A DNA stretch of 63,141 nt, filler included. It is 13 parts of 13 records of this genome, joined end to end, with 100 filler letters (N's around TTAATTAATTAA, not from the genome) between each part and the next. Parts side by side here need not be neighbours in the genome. Positions count along the whole stretch, not along the records: positions 8,399 to 12,140 come from SRR11831586_24; positions 12,241 to 18,092 come from SRR11831586_35; positions 18,193 to 21,020 come from SRR11831586_38; positions 21,121 to 23,894 come from SRR11831586_39; positions 23,995 to 26,129 come from SRR11831586_41; 8 more parts are not named here. One strand, given 5' to 3'. The notes below the pieces were generated by a model. The model had not been told where the DNA came from. It searched no databases and saw nothing but the letters and a program-made list of their open reading frames with translations. Positions 11,480 to 24,856 of the stretch are shown here, piece by piece. The position numbers were made by a program, and so were the translations under genes. Each line of letters begins with the position of its first letter. Within the stretch, counting starts at the first letter, position 1.

Positions 11480-11805
11480 TGAGTGATTCCAACAGCCGTC
11501 TGGTCTACTCAACGGAAACCGGACGTATTGATGAGCCCAAAGCGGCCCCTGTACGCCCTAAAGGCGACGGTGTGGTGCGTATTCAGCGTCAGACCAGTGG
11601 ACGTAAAGGTAAGGGCGTTTGCCTGATTACCGGTGTCGATCTCGATGATGCCGAACTGACAAAACTTGCAGCGGAACTGAAGAAAAAATGCGGCTGCGGC
11701 GGAGCAGTTAAAGATGGAGTTATTGAAATCCAGGGCGATAAGCGTGATTTATTAAAATCACTACTTGAAGCGAAAGGGATGAAGGTAAAACTCGCAGGCG
11801 GTTAA
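11479..11805 (+). CDS. yciH: SUI1/eIF1-like translation factor
   Basis: LKKKCGCGG..IEIQGD SUI1 motif. Confidence 0.96.
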   Translation: MSDSNSRLVYSTETGRIDEPKAAPVRPKGDGVVRIQRQTSGRKGKGVCLITGVDLDDAELTKLAAELKKKCGCGGAVKDGVIEIQGDKRDLLKSLLEAKGMKVKLAGG

Positions 11806-11808
11806 CAT

Positions 11809-11836
11809 AAAAAGCCACGGATATATCCGTGGCTTT
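11809..11836. terminator. Intrinsic terminator hairpin between convergent yciH and osmB
   Basis: AAAGCCACGGAT-AT-ATCCGTGGCTTT inverted repeat. Confidence 0.75.
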
Positions 11837-11930
11837 CGAATATTTTACTGTGCGTATTATTCAGTTATTTCGTACTGAACAGAATCAAGCGTATTATAAT
11901 TGCGAGTCGATAATCGACATTTATTTACGA

Positions 11931-12140
11931 TTATTTACCGACCTGGTGACCAATAACACCTCCGACAGCTGCACCACCTAATGTACCCAACGTACTGCCA
12001 TCGGTCAGTACTGCACCGCCTAATGCCCCTGCACCCGCGCCGATTGCGGTGTTGCGGTCCCGTTTAGACCAGTTAGAACAGGCACTCAGAGACATTGCCA
12101 AAGTAATTGCCAGAACAGCCGCGGTCATTTTTTTTGCTCG
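11931..12140 (-). CDS. osmB: Osmotically inducible lipoprotein B (5' truncated)
   Basis: LSAC lipobox followed by a glycine zipper. Confidence 0.95.
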   Translation of the reverse strand, partial: RAKKMTAAVLAITLAMSLSACSNWSKRDRNTAIGAGAGALGGAVLTDGSTLGTLGGAAVGGVIGHQVGK

Positions 12141-12240
12141 NNNNNNNNNNNNNNNNNNNNNNNNNNNNNNNNNNNNNNNNNNNNTTAATTAATTAANNNN
12201 NNNNNNNNNNNNNNNNNNNNNNNNNNNNNNNNNNNNNNNN

Positions 12241-12417
12241 CGACCCCTCCCCAAAGCTTAGAAAAACGTTGTTAATTAATACAAACATGGCCCCCGCAAG
12301 GGTTAACGGCATTAAGCGAATAAAGCCATTTTTGATTGCATTAACGTGTGGCTGCTTTCCTATTTTAACTGCAAAAGGGAGGAGTACCTTTTCAAGCGAT
12401 GCAATAACATTACTCAT
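12241..12417 (-). CDS. chbC: Chitobiose PTS IIC (3' truncated)
   Basis: [32 protein letters not shown], directly downstream of chbB. Confidence 0.95.
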
Positions 12418-12465
12418 AGAAAAATACCCTTAAAAACCGCAATTTAAATATTGCGGTATTGATTT

Positions 12466-12486
12466 ATGAAATAACTCTTTGACGGG
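12466..12486 (-). promoter_or_regulatory. ChiX (MicM) sRNA pairing/decoy site in the chbB-chbC spacer
   Basis: The + strand carries CTCTTTGACGGG, matching the ChiX seed as recalled, so the minus-strand mRNA is complementary to it. Confidence 0.75.
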
Positions 12487-12501
12487 AAAATTTAAAATAA
12501 A

Positions 12502-12822
12502 TTAATTTGCTGCGGCTTTTTTAATCGCTGCAACCGCAGCCTTAAGCACGCCTAAACCATCGACTTTGCCATAAAGCAGCGAGTCAATTACTTCAACCGG
12601 TTTGTTGGGTAACAAACGCTGGATTTCGGGCAACATATAAGCAATCTGCGGCCCTAATAACACGACATCGGCATTCTGACCTTTTTCACCAGCCAGTGTT
12701 TCCGGAAATGCTTCAATAATGACCGGAACTTCATATTTTTCTGCCTGTGCGCGCATTTTTGATACCAGTAAAGAGGTAGACATGCCCGCAGAACAAAACA
12801 GATAAATGTGTTTCTTTTCCAT
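12502..12822 (-). CDS. chbB: Chitobiose PTS IIB
   Basis: CSAGMSTS P-loop; 106 aa. Confidence 0.97.
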   Translation of the reverse strand: MEKKHIYLFCSAGMSTSLLVSKMRAQAEKYEVPVIIEAFPETLAGEKGQNADVVLLGPQIAYMLPEIQRLLPNKPVEVIDSLLYGKVDGLGVLKAAVAAIKKAAAN

Positions 12823-13120
12823 AAAACTGCCCTCATCGACGATTATCTGTCAGCCAGACACTCCGCAAGCCTTAACCTGCTTCCATGCTCTGGGTAACTT
12901 GCGAAACCAACATGACTTTTTTTGTGGCTGAAAGGAGTATACGGTATAGACCTGAGCAATAGTATTTCTTTGACCTTATAAATTGTTTCTCCTTGACCTG
13001 TGGTTATGACCCTCTTCACATTTCGGGCAAATAATTCGCGAAGATAATTAAGAACTCAGGCCAAAAAAAACCGGCGCAATGGCCGGTTTCCGTTGTTACT
13101 CAAGCTTTCAGACGAATTGA

Positions 13121-13459
13121 TTACTTCGCAGCCTGTGGATCAGTGTCGTATTCAGCACAGGTCTGATAACCGGAGTTGATGACATGTCCGGTATCATCTA
13201 ACGCGACAAAGTAGGTTTCTGCTTTACCATCACGTTGACCCAGGATGTAGGTCTGGCAAGTACCGCGAGCATGGATCATGCTCACTTCAGACGAAGGTTT
13301 ACCCGCAATTTGTGCAACCTGCGCCCGGCTCATGCCTTTTTTGACGTCTTTCACCACAGGCTGTACAAACTGGTCTTTGGTACGATCATAAGCCGTACAA
13401 CCCGCCAGCATGGTTAATACCGCCGCTGCACTCAGAATTCCTGCCATATTCTTGTTCAT
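13121..13459 (-). CDS. osmE: Osmotically inducible lipoprotein E
   Basis: LAGC lipobox; 112 aa; divergent from nadE. Confidence 0.96.
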
Positions 13460-13660
13460 ATTCCGTCCTCTTGTTTATCAGCGTGTTAGATAAGCCTGGA
13501 ATACATTGGGCGCTTTTTCAAGCCCGTGAACGAAACGGCTCCGCTTTCAGAGGATTCCTGTATGACGTTTTAACCACCATTCAGCCCGCTGTCGCTTGTC
13601 GTTTCAGTAGCAACGGGTTAGCTTTAAGGAAGTTTTGTCTTTTCTGTCTGGAGGGGTTCA

Positions 13661-14488
13661 ATGACATTGCAACAACAAATAATAAAGGCGCTGGGCGCAA
13701 AACCGCAGATTAATGCTGAAGAGGAAATTCGTCGTAGTGTCGATTTTCTGAAAAGCTACCTGCAAACTTATCCGTTCATTAAATCACTGGTGCTCGGGAT
13801 CAGCGGCGGTCAGGACTCCACGCTTGCCGGAAAGCTGTGCCAGATGGCGATTAATGAGCTGCGCCTGGAAACCGGCAACGAATCACTGCAATTTATTGCC
13901 GTACGCCTGCCCTATGGTGTTCAGGCCGACGAACAAGATTGCCAGGATGCCATTGCCTTTATTCAACCGGATCGCGTATTAACCGTTAATATCAAGGGCG
14001 CGGTATTGGCCAGCGAACAGGCATTGCGGGAAGCAGGCATTGAACTGAGCGATTTTGTCCGTGGCAATGAAAAAGCGCGTGAGCGGATGAAAGCACAATA
14101 TAGCATTGCGGGTATGACCAGCGGTGTCGTGGTGGGCACCGATCATGCAGCAGAAGCCATTACCGGATTCTTCACTAAATATGGTGACGGCGGTACGGAC
14201 ATTAATCCGCTGTATCGTCTCAACAAACGTCAGGGTAAACAGTTACTGGCGGCATTAGCTTGCCCGGAACACCTTTATAAGAAAGCGCCAACGGCCGATC
14301 TGGAAGATGATCGCCCTTCTCTGCCAGATGAAGTGGCACTCGGCGTGACCTATGACAATATCGACGACTATCTGGAAGGGAAAAACGTACCTCAACAGGT
14401 CGCCAGAACAATAGAGAACTGGTATCTGAAAACCGAACATAAACGCCGTCCGCCAATTACCGTTTTCGATGATTTCTGGAAAAAGTAA
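13661..14488 (+). CDS. nadE: NH3-dependent NAD+ synthetase
   Basis: SGGQDS motif; 275 aa. Confidence 0.98.
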
Positions 14489-14529
14489 TAATTTGCACAT
14501 ATTGGATTGTGCGAAAAAGAGTAATTTGT

Positions 14530-14632
14530 TCACGCCGGATGCGGCGTGAACGCCTTATTCGACCTATAAAACTATGCAAATTCAATACATTGCAGGAGTC
14601 GAATAGGCCTGACAGGCGTAGCACGTCAGACG
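14530..14632. repeat. REP/BIME element
   Basis: GCCGGATGCGGCGTGAACGCCTTATTCGACCTA plus a degenerate inverted partner. Confidence 0.85.
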
Positions 14633-14686
14633 GTGTAACCTTTGTCATCGACCCGCCTCTTTTTTAATCGCTTCCCGCCTGTTACA

Positions 14687-14702
14687 CTGGATAGATAACC
14701 AG
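14687..14702. promoter_or_regulatory. LexA (SOS) box of cho
   Basis: CTG-GATAGATAAC-CAG (CTG-N10-CAG) just upstream of the cho start. Confidence 0.85.
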
Positions 14703-14717
14703 CATTCGGAGTCAACA

Positions 14718-16218
<1,501 letters not shown>

Positions 16219-16342
16219 TTAGTGGTGATCAGGCTTTTTTTACAACTGTTTGAGAAGAGAAAAGAAAACCGCCGATCCTGTCCACCGCATTACTGCAAGG
16301 TAGTGGACAAGACCGGCGGTCTTAAGTTTTTTGGCTGAAAGA

Positions 16343-16828
16343 TTATTCAGCAGTTGCAGGCATTTTACCTTTTGCCGCTGGACGTTCTGTCAGACGCTTC
16401 TCAAAATTAGCATTAAATTGCTTTTTCTGTTCCGGCGTCAGGATGTTGTAAATTTTGTTCTGGGTTTCCATGTGCGCCAGCATGTTAGCTTTGCGCTGTT
16501 CTTCCATTTTTGCGATCTGCGCTTCAGCTTTTACTTTATCGAAGGTATCGCTGGCAATGATGTCATGCATTGCGCGGCGTTCTTCCAGCGGCGGACGTTT
16601 CATCTGGTCACGCTGGCCTTTCATGATTTCGCGGATCTGCTGTTTCTGCGCGTCGGTCAGGTTCAGGTCTTTGAACATCATGTCCTGATGCGGACCGAAC
16701 TTGCCTTTGTGGTGCATCATCGGCTTCGCGTCAGCCGGTGCTGCGGTAGTGGTGTCTGCGGCATGGGCCAGGTTAGCCGCGCCAAGAGCCAGGGTAGAGG
16801 CAACAAACAGTGCAGTTAATTTACGCAT
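16343..16828 (-). CDS. spy: Periplasmic chaperone Spy
   Basis: Signal peptide and two LTxxQ motifs. Confidence 0.98.
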   Translation of the reverse strand: MRKLTALFVASTLALGAANLAHAADTTTAAPADAKPMMHHKGKFGPHQDMMFKDLNLTDAQKQQIREIMKGQRDQMKRPPLEERRAMHDIIASDTFDKVKAEAQIAKMEEQRKANMLAHMETQNKIYNILTPEQKKQFNANFEKRLTERPAAKGKMPATAE

Positions 16829-16966
16829 ATTCTATATCCTTCCTTTCAGTTATTTATTACGGCTTTCTTAAGTAGCGTGCCGTGTTGACGAGATTAACTT
16901 TACTGACTTTAGCGTCAATTAATCAGAGCAACGGTAAAACAATGAAAGTGTAAAAAACACTTTTGC

Positions 16967-16984
16967 GCCAATTATGGAGAAAAA
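16967..16984 (-). promoter_or_regulatory. BaeR box upstream of spy (CpxR-like GTAAA repeats at about 16934-16954)
   Basis: Reverse complement reads TTTTTCTCCATAATTGGC, the BaeR consensus as recalled. Confidence 0.7.
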
Positions 16985-17157
16985 AAGAAAATTTGATGGA
17001 GAGTGATGAGAGAATATTACAACACGATGATTTTGCAGAGATTATGAAGAACTATACCGGATGACTGGTGATAAATAAAGCAAATAACCAGGATTAATCT
17101 GTATTAATTTATAAGAAAGCAACTTAATACCCGCAGAATGATTTCTGCGGGTAAGTA

Positions 17158-18092
<935 letters not shown>

Positions 18093-18192
18093 NNNNNNNN
18101 NNNNNNNNNNNNNNNNNNNNNNNNNNNNNNNNNNNNTTAATTAATTAANNNNNNNNNNNNNNNNNNNNNNNNNNNNNNNNNNNNNNNNNNNN

Positions 18193-18361
18193 GATAGATA
18201 GCTTGCGGAGATTGTTCTGGAATCACATTGCAACATATTGAACCATGGATATTATTGTCAATAAAAAAATCCTCAAGAGATAACAATGGACGAGGAGTAT
18301 CAGGATTATTAACATCACCATTGATATTAACAAGTTGGGTAATGCGTTCTAAAGGTGTCAT
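18193..18361 (-). CDS. yfbO: Uncharacterised protein (3' truncated)
   Basis: MTPLERITQLVNINGD..; position divergent from yfbN. Confidence 0.8.
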
Positions 18362-18569
18362 AATTATTCCCTGAAATAATATATTCATCAAACGAATGAC
18401 ATTGTTTGAATTCATTAGCAGATAAATAGTGACAATTCCATACGTATTATTAGTTTCAAGAGCATCATAACATGAATGTTAAGCAGGAAAACGTGAGATA
18501 TTCAGTCAGGCCGGGTCGTTATCCAGACGTTGTTATATTTAATATCATAAATATTTAAAGGGGTTTGAC

Positions 18570-19286
18570 ATGGAATGGTTAAGTGAAATTCGTAAACTTC
18601 GGAAGAACGTACCTGTCGGTATCCAGGTTGCCAGACGTTTGTTAGAGAGGACTGGCGGTGATGTTGATGAAGCCATCAAGTTGTTTCATATTGACCAAAT
18701 CAATATATTGACGGCAAAAGCAGACGTCACTCATCAGGAAGCAGAGAATGTTTTGTTGGCTACAAACTATGATATTGCAGAAGCTCTTCGGCGTATTGAT
18801 GAACAACGCTATACACTGACGGAATTGATTTTGCGTAAAAATAAGGATGCCGGAGATGCCTTAAACAATATAGCATTGGCGATTGAATATGAGTGGGATC
18901 TCAAGCGTAAGTTTTGGTTTGGTTTTGCAGATATCCAATTATTACCGCCAGTTTTACAAACATTTATGCTGGTTTATGAATGGCATGAATATGTTGGTTG
19001 GGAAGGAATGGAGTGTGGGATATTTTTTGAAAGTGATCATACTCACCAGCAATTGCAAGCTTTGGGGTTATTAGAACTCGCCCAAAAAATGGTTACTGCA
19101 AGAATCCGATATGATGAGCTAAAAGACAAGGCCGAAAATTTTCACGAGATTACAGAGGATGACATATTCAAAATGCTTATAATACATTGTGACCAACTTG
19201 CAAGAGAGGTTGATTCTATATTACTGCAATTTGTGAAGGACAATATTGATGTTTTCCCGTGTCGCCATAACAGACACGAGTTATAA
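18570..19286 (+). CDS. yfbN: Uncharacterised acidic protein
   Basis: 238 aa, convergent with yfbM. Confidence 0.88.
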   Translation: MEWLSEIRKLRKNVPVGIQVARRLLERTGGDVDEAIKLFHIDQINILTAKADVTHQEAENVLLATNYDIAEALRRIDEQRYTLTELILRKNKDAGDALNNIALAIEYEWDLKRKFWFGFADIQLLPPVLQTFMLVYEWHEYVGWEGMECGIFFESDHTHQQLQALGLLELAQKMVTARIRYDELKDKAENFHEITEDDIFKMLIIHCDQLAREVDSILLQFVKDNIDVFPCRHNRHEL

Positions 19287-19558
19287 AAAATAATCCCAAA
19301 ATTGAACAGGCTTTTTATCTACCTGGTAATGACAGGTTCAATTCCGTTTTCATCAAGCATGACAGATCGTTGCCAGCACAGAGGATATCGCTGTTACATA
19401 CCGAATATACGGTATTGCATTTAACAATGCGACTAAGCAAGCATTTAGTAATATTTATACAAGGGGATAAAAACCGGACCATGGTTAAAGATTTTTTCAA
19501 GATGATCCTGGCGTAAATCTTAACTAATGGGTCTTTCTCCCCCAGGCATCAAGCTATA

Positions 19559-20062
19559 TCACCCAACAATAACCGTCAGCGCATGATTCCCTTGTCGCAG
19601 CATACGTCGATACGCGCTAATCAGCTTTTCCATATCAAGCATGATCGAGGCAAAGAGTTGCCCCTCTAACTCTTCTGAAAAGGTCACTCCCGGATAAATC
19701 TCCATTTCATTGAGTCGCTTAATGGAAAACTGTTTACGCAGTTCATTTCGATCCAGTGATTCCAGTCGGTCGATTGTCGCGGCTAACTCCTGATTCCAGG
19801 TCAATCCAAGGAAGCCATCTATGCCATCTTCGAGGCTGTGTTCACCAAGCACGGCACGACTCAGCGGATCATTCTTCGCGGGATCAAAAGCAGAGGTGCC
19901 TGTCAGCCCAAAGTGTAAAAAATCCCAGCGTTTATCAATATCCAGTCGGCGTAATCCTGAAAGCGTGTCATGTATATTATCCATCAAAGGTTTTTCAGTA
20001 GACTCAAGCAGTTGGTTAATCTTTTCTGAGTCAATTTCTGCAAAATAGCCAATCATTCCCAT
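19559..20062 (-). CDS. yfbM: DUF1877 family protein
   Basis: MGMIGYF..LDIDKRWDFLHFGLTG; 167 aa. Confidence 0.92.
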   Translation of the reverse strand: MGMIGYFAEIDSEKINQLLESTEKPLMDNIHDTLSGLRRLDIDKRWDFLHFGLTGTSAFDPAKNDPLSRAVLGEHSLEDGIDGFLGLTWNQELAATIDRLESLDRNELRKQFSIKRLNEMEIYPGVTFSEELEGQLFASIMLDMEKLISAYRRMLRQGNHALTVIVG

Positions 20063-20164
20063 TTATTTTTCCTCCGTTGAATTTCATGTTTCGCATCTTA
20101 AAACAGATGAGGGAAAATAAAATGTGCATGTCGCTTTTTCTGGACCCGCCTCGAGAAATTTTTA

Positions 20165-21020
20165 TTATTTACTGTTGTATAACAAAGTTATAACACCATC
20201 CACTACCTGAGCCATTTTCTGATAATTCAATCTGTCTGCGGTATCACCGGGCAAGTGGTATTGTTTATTACGATAAAAAGCGGTGTCAGTAATCATTATG
20301 GCGGGAATATCGTGTTGCCAATAATTCAGGTGGTCAGAGAAATCAATACCGGGAATAAACCCTGGGGTATTCATAGAATAAACAGATAAATCCTGAGATG
20401 ACAACAATGCCGCTTTTACCTGACGAACGGCGTTGATATCCTGTATTCTGCCGACCACGGCAATAAAGTCTCCCCGATCGGGATAAAGCCAGGACATTGC
20501 CGGGTAAGGGTAATTCTGGCTTCCAGGCGCAGAGTCGTAATAGCCAATCATCTCCAGTGCTATCATTAATTTCACTGGACGCTCAAGCGAAGCTGCATGC
20601 ACCGCGCTCCCCATTTCATCGCTACGAAAGAAGGGCGGTTCTTCCGACGCATAGGCGACCAGCTGCACGCCTGTTTTCGGTACTTGCTGATGTAACAAAC
20701 GTGCCAGTTCGAGTAATCCTGCCACACCGCTGGCGTTATCATCCGCGCCCGGCGTATAGGTCAATTGATCGTTTTCATAACTGCTGGCAGAGTCATAATG
20801 CGCACCAATAATAATCAGCGGTCCATCGGCAGGACCATAATCAGCAACAATGTTTTTGTAGGGGCCACCCGTAATGGGGACGTCCTGCGAGGTAACTCTG
20901 GCACCGCTACTGACAAAGACCTCTTTTATATATTCTGCGGACCTATTCAGATTATCAATATTGTCGGCACTACGTGGATGCACAGTTTGTGTAAGATAAC
21001 GAACTGTTTTTTCTAATTGC
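20165..21020 (-). CDS. yfbL: Putative M28 peptidase (5' truncated)
   Basis: GAHYDS, GADDNASG, SEEP and SDH motifs. Confidence 0.93.
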
Positions 21021-21120
21021 NNNNNNNNNNNNNNNNNNNNNNNNNNNNNNNNNNNNNNNNNNNNTTAATTAATTAANNNNNNNNNNNNNNNNNNNNNNNN
21101 NNNNNNNNNNNNNNNNNNNN

Positions 21121-21678
21121 TTTTAACATCTCATGTTGCTGTGTTCTGGCATCAAGTTGACTGATATGGCAGGCCGGTTGCAGGCTTTCTCCCGGTTCGT
21201 TCAGCCCAAGATGACCGTTTTTCCCCAATCCGAGAACGCATAAATCCAGACCGCCTTTGCGCGCAATCAGGTTCGTTACCCGTTCGCACTCTGTCTCATT
21301 TATCTCTTCGGAGCGAAAGCTGATGAGCTGGTCTTCACGTAGCCCCAGCGGCTGCACGATATGCTGTTGCAGGAAAGTTTCGCAGGTGCCTGGCATCGTT
21401 AATGGCAGATCCACCCATTCGTCGAGCTTCACGAAGGTGAGCTGGCTGACATCAACCTGCTGCTGGTGGATTTTTTCTACCAGATAATGATACGTCAGTA
21501 ATGGCGTGGCTCCGGTCGCCAGGCAAATCACGGCATTCGGTTTGCTACGGATCACGGCCAATAAATATTCGCTGGCACGTTCACTTAACGCCGTATAGTT
21601 TTCAACTTGCTGAAGGGTTTGCACAGGATGAAATTCCTTAAGTAAAGAGGCACCACCAGACGCAGTGCCTCGTTCCAT
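21121..21678 (-). CDS. agaI: Putative galactosamine-6-phosphate isomerase/deaminase (3' truncated)
   Basis: NagB-like LATGATP, LDEW and GKNGHLGLNEP. Confidence 0.95.
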
Positions 21679-22470
21679 TTACAAAATGCCGAATGCGGAA
21701 CAAACAATAGAGAGCACAAAAGTCACGCCGATTAACAGCACCGGATGCGCTTTTTTCACCCGCAGGAAGTAATACATCAGCAGGGTGTAGGCCATCGGTA
21801 AAATGTTCGGGAAGACTTTATCGAAGAAATCCTGCTGCAGCGCAACGCTGTGGGTATTGTCGATGGCAAACGATGTCACCACGTTAATATGCACATACGA
21901 AGCGATCAGCCCGCCGATTACCGTGATCCCGAGGATGGTTGCCGAACGGGCAATCATCTGCGAGTTCTCTCGCACTTTATCGATCGCCTTCACGCCGACT
22001 GAATAACCGACGTGGGTCCAGCCGACGCGCAGGAAAAAGATAAGCAGGTAAACGGCGAAAAATAGAATCGGCCCCAGCAGGTTTCCCTGGCTGGCAAATG
22101 ATGAGCAAATTCCCGCCATAATCGGCAACAAAGTAAACCAGAAAATCGCATCGCCAATCCCGGCGATTGGGCCAAACAGTGCCACTTTGAGGCCTTTAAT
22201 GGTGTCGCGGTTTTCTCCTTTTTCTTCCATCGAAATTAATAACCCCATCAGGAATCCGACCAGATTCGGGTGGGTATTAATAAATTCGAGGTTATCTTTC
22301 ATCGCCGCGCTTAAGCCCGGTTTGTCGTCCTTATAAATCTTTTTCAGGATCGGCAACATCGCCCAGGTAAAACCGCCCGCCTGCATCCTTTCGTAGTTAA
22401 AGCTCGCTTGCAGCAGCGACGAACGAAAGCCCAGACGGGTGATATCTTTTTTACTGATTTCAGATCCCAT
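21679..22470 (-). CDS. agaD: Galactosamine PTS IID
   Basis: FNYERMQ and GPIAGIGD; 263 aa from ATG 22470. Confidence 0.96.
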   Translation of the reverse strand: MGSEISKKDITRLGFRSSLLQASFNYERMQAGGFTWAMLPILKKIYKDDKPGLSAAMKDNLEFINTHPNLVGFLMGLLISMEEKGENRDTIKGLKVALFGPIAGIGDAIFWFTLLPIMAGICSSFASQGNLLGPILFFAVYLLIFFLRVGWTHVGYSVGVKAIDKVRENSQMIARSATILGITVIGGLIASYVHINVVTSFAIDNTHSVALQQDFFDKVFPNILPMAYTLLMYYFLRVKKAHPVLLIGVTFVLSIVCSAFGIL

Positions 22471-23263
22471 TGCTGTAGTCCTCTTCTTCATTTTTACTGG
22501 CAACGGGCTGCGGTTGCGCTTGCTGCCGGGATTTCGCATTGAAAAACTCATACACCGCAAAGCCTGCGCCCAGTACGGCAACCGGCAACAGGTTGCTGAC
22601 CTGGATGTAGCAAACAAACAGGAAACCGGCGATCAGGTAAGGGATATATTGCGCTTTGAACATTACGCGCAGCAGCAAGCCAAAACCAACGGCAGGCAGA
22701 ATACCGCCAGCCACTTCAAAGCCGTGGGTCAGCCAGGCGGGCATCGCTTTCACCAGCGCCTGCATCGCCCCCTGTGCCAGGTAAGTACAGAGGAAAGCAA
22801 TCACCGCATACGCTGAAGCGACGATGAGCATCGTTGTCCAGTTAAGCCGGGAAAACGCTGCCGTATCCGCCTCTTTCGCGCATTTATCGGCTTTGGTCAT
22901 AAATAATGAGAAAGCGGAATAGAAGAACAGAATGACGTACTGCATTAACAAACTAAACGGCAGGCCAAGACCAATTGCTGTTTTGGCATCAACGCCCGTA
23001 GACCATGCAATGACGGTGGTCATCAGACCCGCCATAATCGGGTTGGGCGGCTGAACACCACCTGCAGGGGTTAATCCGGCGAAAGCCAACTCTGTCAGAC
23101 CACCGGTAATTAAGCCAGTCTGAATATCACCGAGAATAGCGCCAGTTAGGGTACAAACGATTATCGGGCGGAATAAAAATAAGGCTTCCAGCCAAAAATC
23201 AATCCCCAGAACAAAAACTAACGCCGCCAGGGATAATCCCTGAAGTAGGGTTATTTCATGCAT
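22460..23263 (-). CDS. agaC: Galactosamine PTS IIC
   Basis: Mannose-family IIC; 267 aa. Confidence 0.96.
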   Translation of the reverse strand: MHEITLLQGLSLAALVFVLGIDFWLEALFLFRPIIVCTLTGAILGDIQTGLITGGLTELAFAGLTPAGGVQPPNPIMAGLMTTVIAWSTGVDAKTAIGLGLPFSLLMQYVILFFYSAFSLFMTKADKCAKEADTAAFSRLNWTTMLIVASAYAVIAFLCTYLAQGAMQALVKAMPAWLTHGFEVAGGILPAVGFGLLLRVMFKAQYIPYLIAGFLFVCYIQVSNLLPVAVLGAGFAVYEFFNAKSRQQAQPQPVASKNEEEDYSNGI

Positions 23264-23301
23264 TTTTATTACCTCAAACCAATATTAAGGCGATTTTAGA
23301 T

Positions 23302-23778
23302 TTAGTCAGGGATTTGTTCTTTTTGATCGCCAGGGACGTCCTGAATGAAAACATTCACGCCACGTTGTTTAATAAAACGTAAGTCCGTGAGATCCTGGTC
23401 ATCGACATAAACTTTACTGCTGATTTGCTTTTTCCCTTCCGAGAAATGCATATTGCCGACGTTGACATCTTTCAGGTCAATACCACCTTCTACCAATTTA
23501 CGTACCGTTTGTGGCGTACGGCAAATCAGGAAGATCTTCTGATGTGGTGCAGCTTTGCCGATGACGTTAATGGTTTTTTCGATAGTAAAGAAACGAATGC
23601 CAAAGCCGTAGGTTTCCGCGGTAATACCCATTAATTTCTGTTGAATATCATCGTTAGCGACAACATCATCCACGACTACCAGCAGATTTGCACCGATGGT
23701 GGATGTCCAGGTCACGCCAACCTGACCGTGAACCAGACGGTTATCAATACGGGTTAAGAGAATATTTGGACTGGTCAT
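23302..23778 (-). CDS. agaB: Galactosamine PTS IIB
   Basis: RIDNRLVHGQV motif. Confidence 0.96.
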   Translation of the reverse strand: MTSPNILLTRIDNRLVHGQVGVTWTSTIGANLLVVVDDVVANDDIQQKLMGITAETYGFGIRFFTIEKTINVIGKAAPHQKIFLICRTPQTVRKLVEGGIDLKDVNVGNMHFSEGKKQISSKVYVDDQDLTDLRFIKQRGVNVFIQDVPGDQKEQIPD

Positions 23779-23994
23779 TGTGTAATCCTCACCATAAAGT
23801 TGAATAATATAATTTTTTAAATATATTATTGTTGCGATATTGTAGTGATGTATTTATTAAGGTTTAGTTATCTCCTTTTCCATTAAGGCACTCCNNNNNN
23901 NNNNNNNNNNNNNNNNNNNNNNNNNNNNNNNNNNNNNNTTAATTAATTAANNNNNNNNNNNNNNNNNNNNNNNNNNNNNNNNNNNNNNNNNNNN

Positions 23995-24290
23995 ATGATG
24001 TCAGCGAAGAATGGTCACAGGTTGACTACTTATCCGGTCCCACCTTGCAGGTTTTACGTACCCGCCAGTCGCCCGATGGCTGCGAGGATGGCAGTTACTA
24101 CTACCTCGTGGATATGCAGGAAAAAACCGTCCAGCCACTGATGAATGCGCTGTGTATTGCCGATAACATCAAACTGGAATACCAGGAGGTGACGGACCCG
24201 TATACCAAAGAAAAATACTTTGAGTACGCCCATGACGGCAAACTGATGGGGCAGCTACTGATACCCTCGAACCCTGACAATCAGGAATAA
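23995..24290 (+). CDS. yafY: CP4-6 lipoprotein (5' truncated)
   Basis: Open frame ending ..LLIPSNPDNQE*, upstream of ykfB. Confidence 0.75.
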
Positions 24291-24312
24291 AACAACGACA
24301 AAGGAGACAAGA

Positions 24313-24780
24313 ATGACAATACTTTCACTAAGTCGGTTTATGCTGGCGGGTGTACTGCTCGCGAGCTTTAATGCCTCTGCTATCCCGGGGTTCTGGCAGC
24401 AGGGTTACGGTCAGGGCAATACGGAATACAGCGTGACCGAAGCCAGCGGAAAGACGTTTACCATCAACTGCACAGGGAACCCGGACCAGAATGGTTTCTA
24501 TCAGCATTCAGTCTTTCTTACCCTTGCCGATGACAAGATGGTCAGTTCGCACGATGACGACACTACTATCACCGTAGTGATGGATCACCAGCAGTACATT
24601 ATTCCGTCCAGCCTGGGCTGGCGTAACGGCGATAACGCCTGGTTTGACTTCATCAGCAATATCTCTGAGGCCGGGCAGTTCGACGTCTACGTCAATGACC
24701 ACAAAGCAGGGACCTTCACTGCGGACCGGAAGAACGCTGAGAAAGTTCTGTCCACTCTCGGAGACTGCAGCAACGACTGA
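24313..24780 (+). CDS. ykfB: CP4-6 secreted protein
   Basis: Signal peptide, WQQGYGQG; 155 aa. Confidence 0.85.
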   Translation: MTILSLSRFMLAGVLLASFNASAIPGFWQQGYGQGNTEYSVTEASGKTFTINCTGNPDQNGFYQHSVFLTLADDKMVSSHDDDTTITVVMDHQQYIIPSSLGWRNGDNAWFDFISNISEAGQFDVYVNDHKAGTFTADRKNAEKVLSTLGDCSND

Positions 24781-24856
24781 TAGTAGTATCTTCCCCAGCA
24801 AATTCACCCCGACAGCTAGCAGGCTGCCGGGGTTTTCTTTTATCAGGAGCCCGAAA

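Noticed and set aside
12128..12140. Apparent extra A in the osmB 5' A run
   Set aside because: It lies in the last bases of a contig within a homopolymer, so it is likely low-quality sequence.
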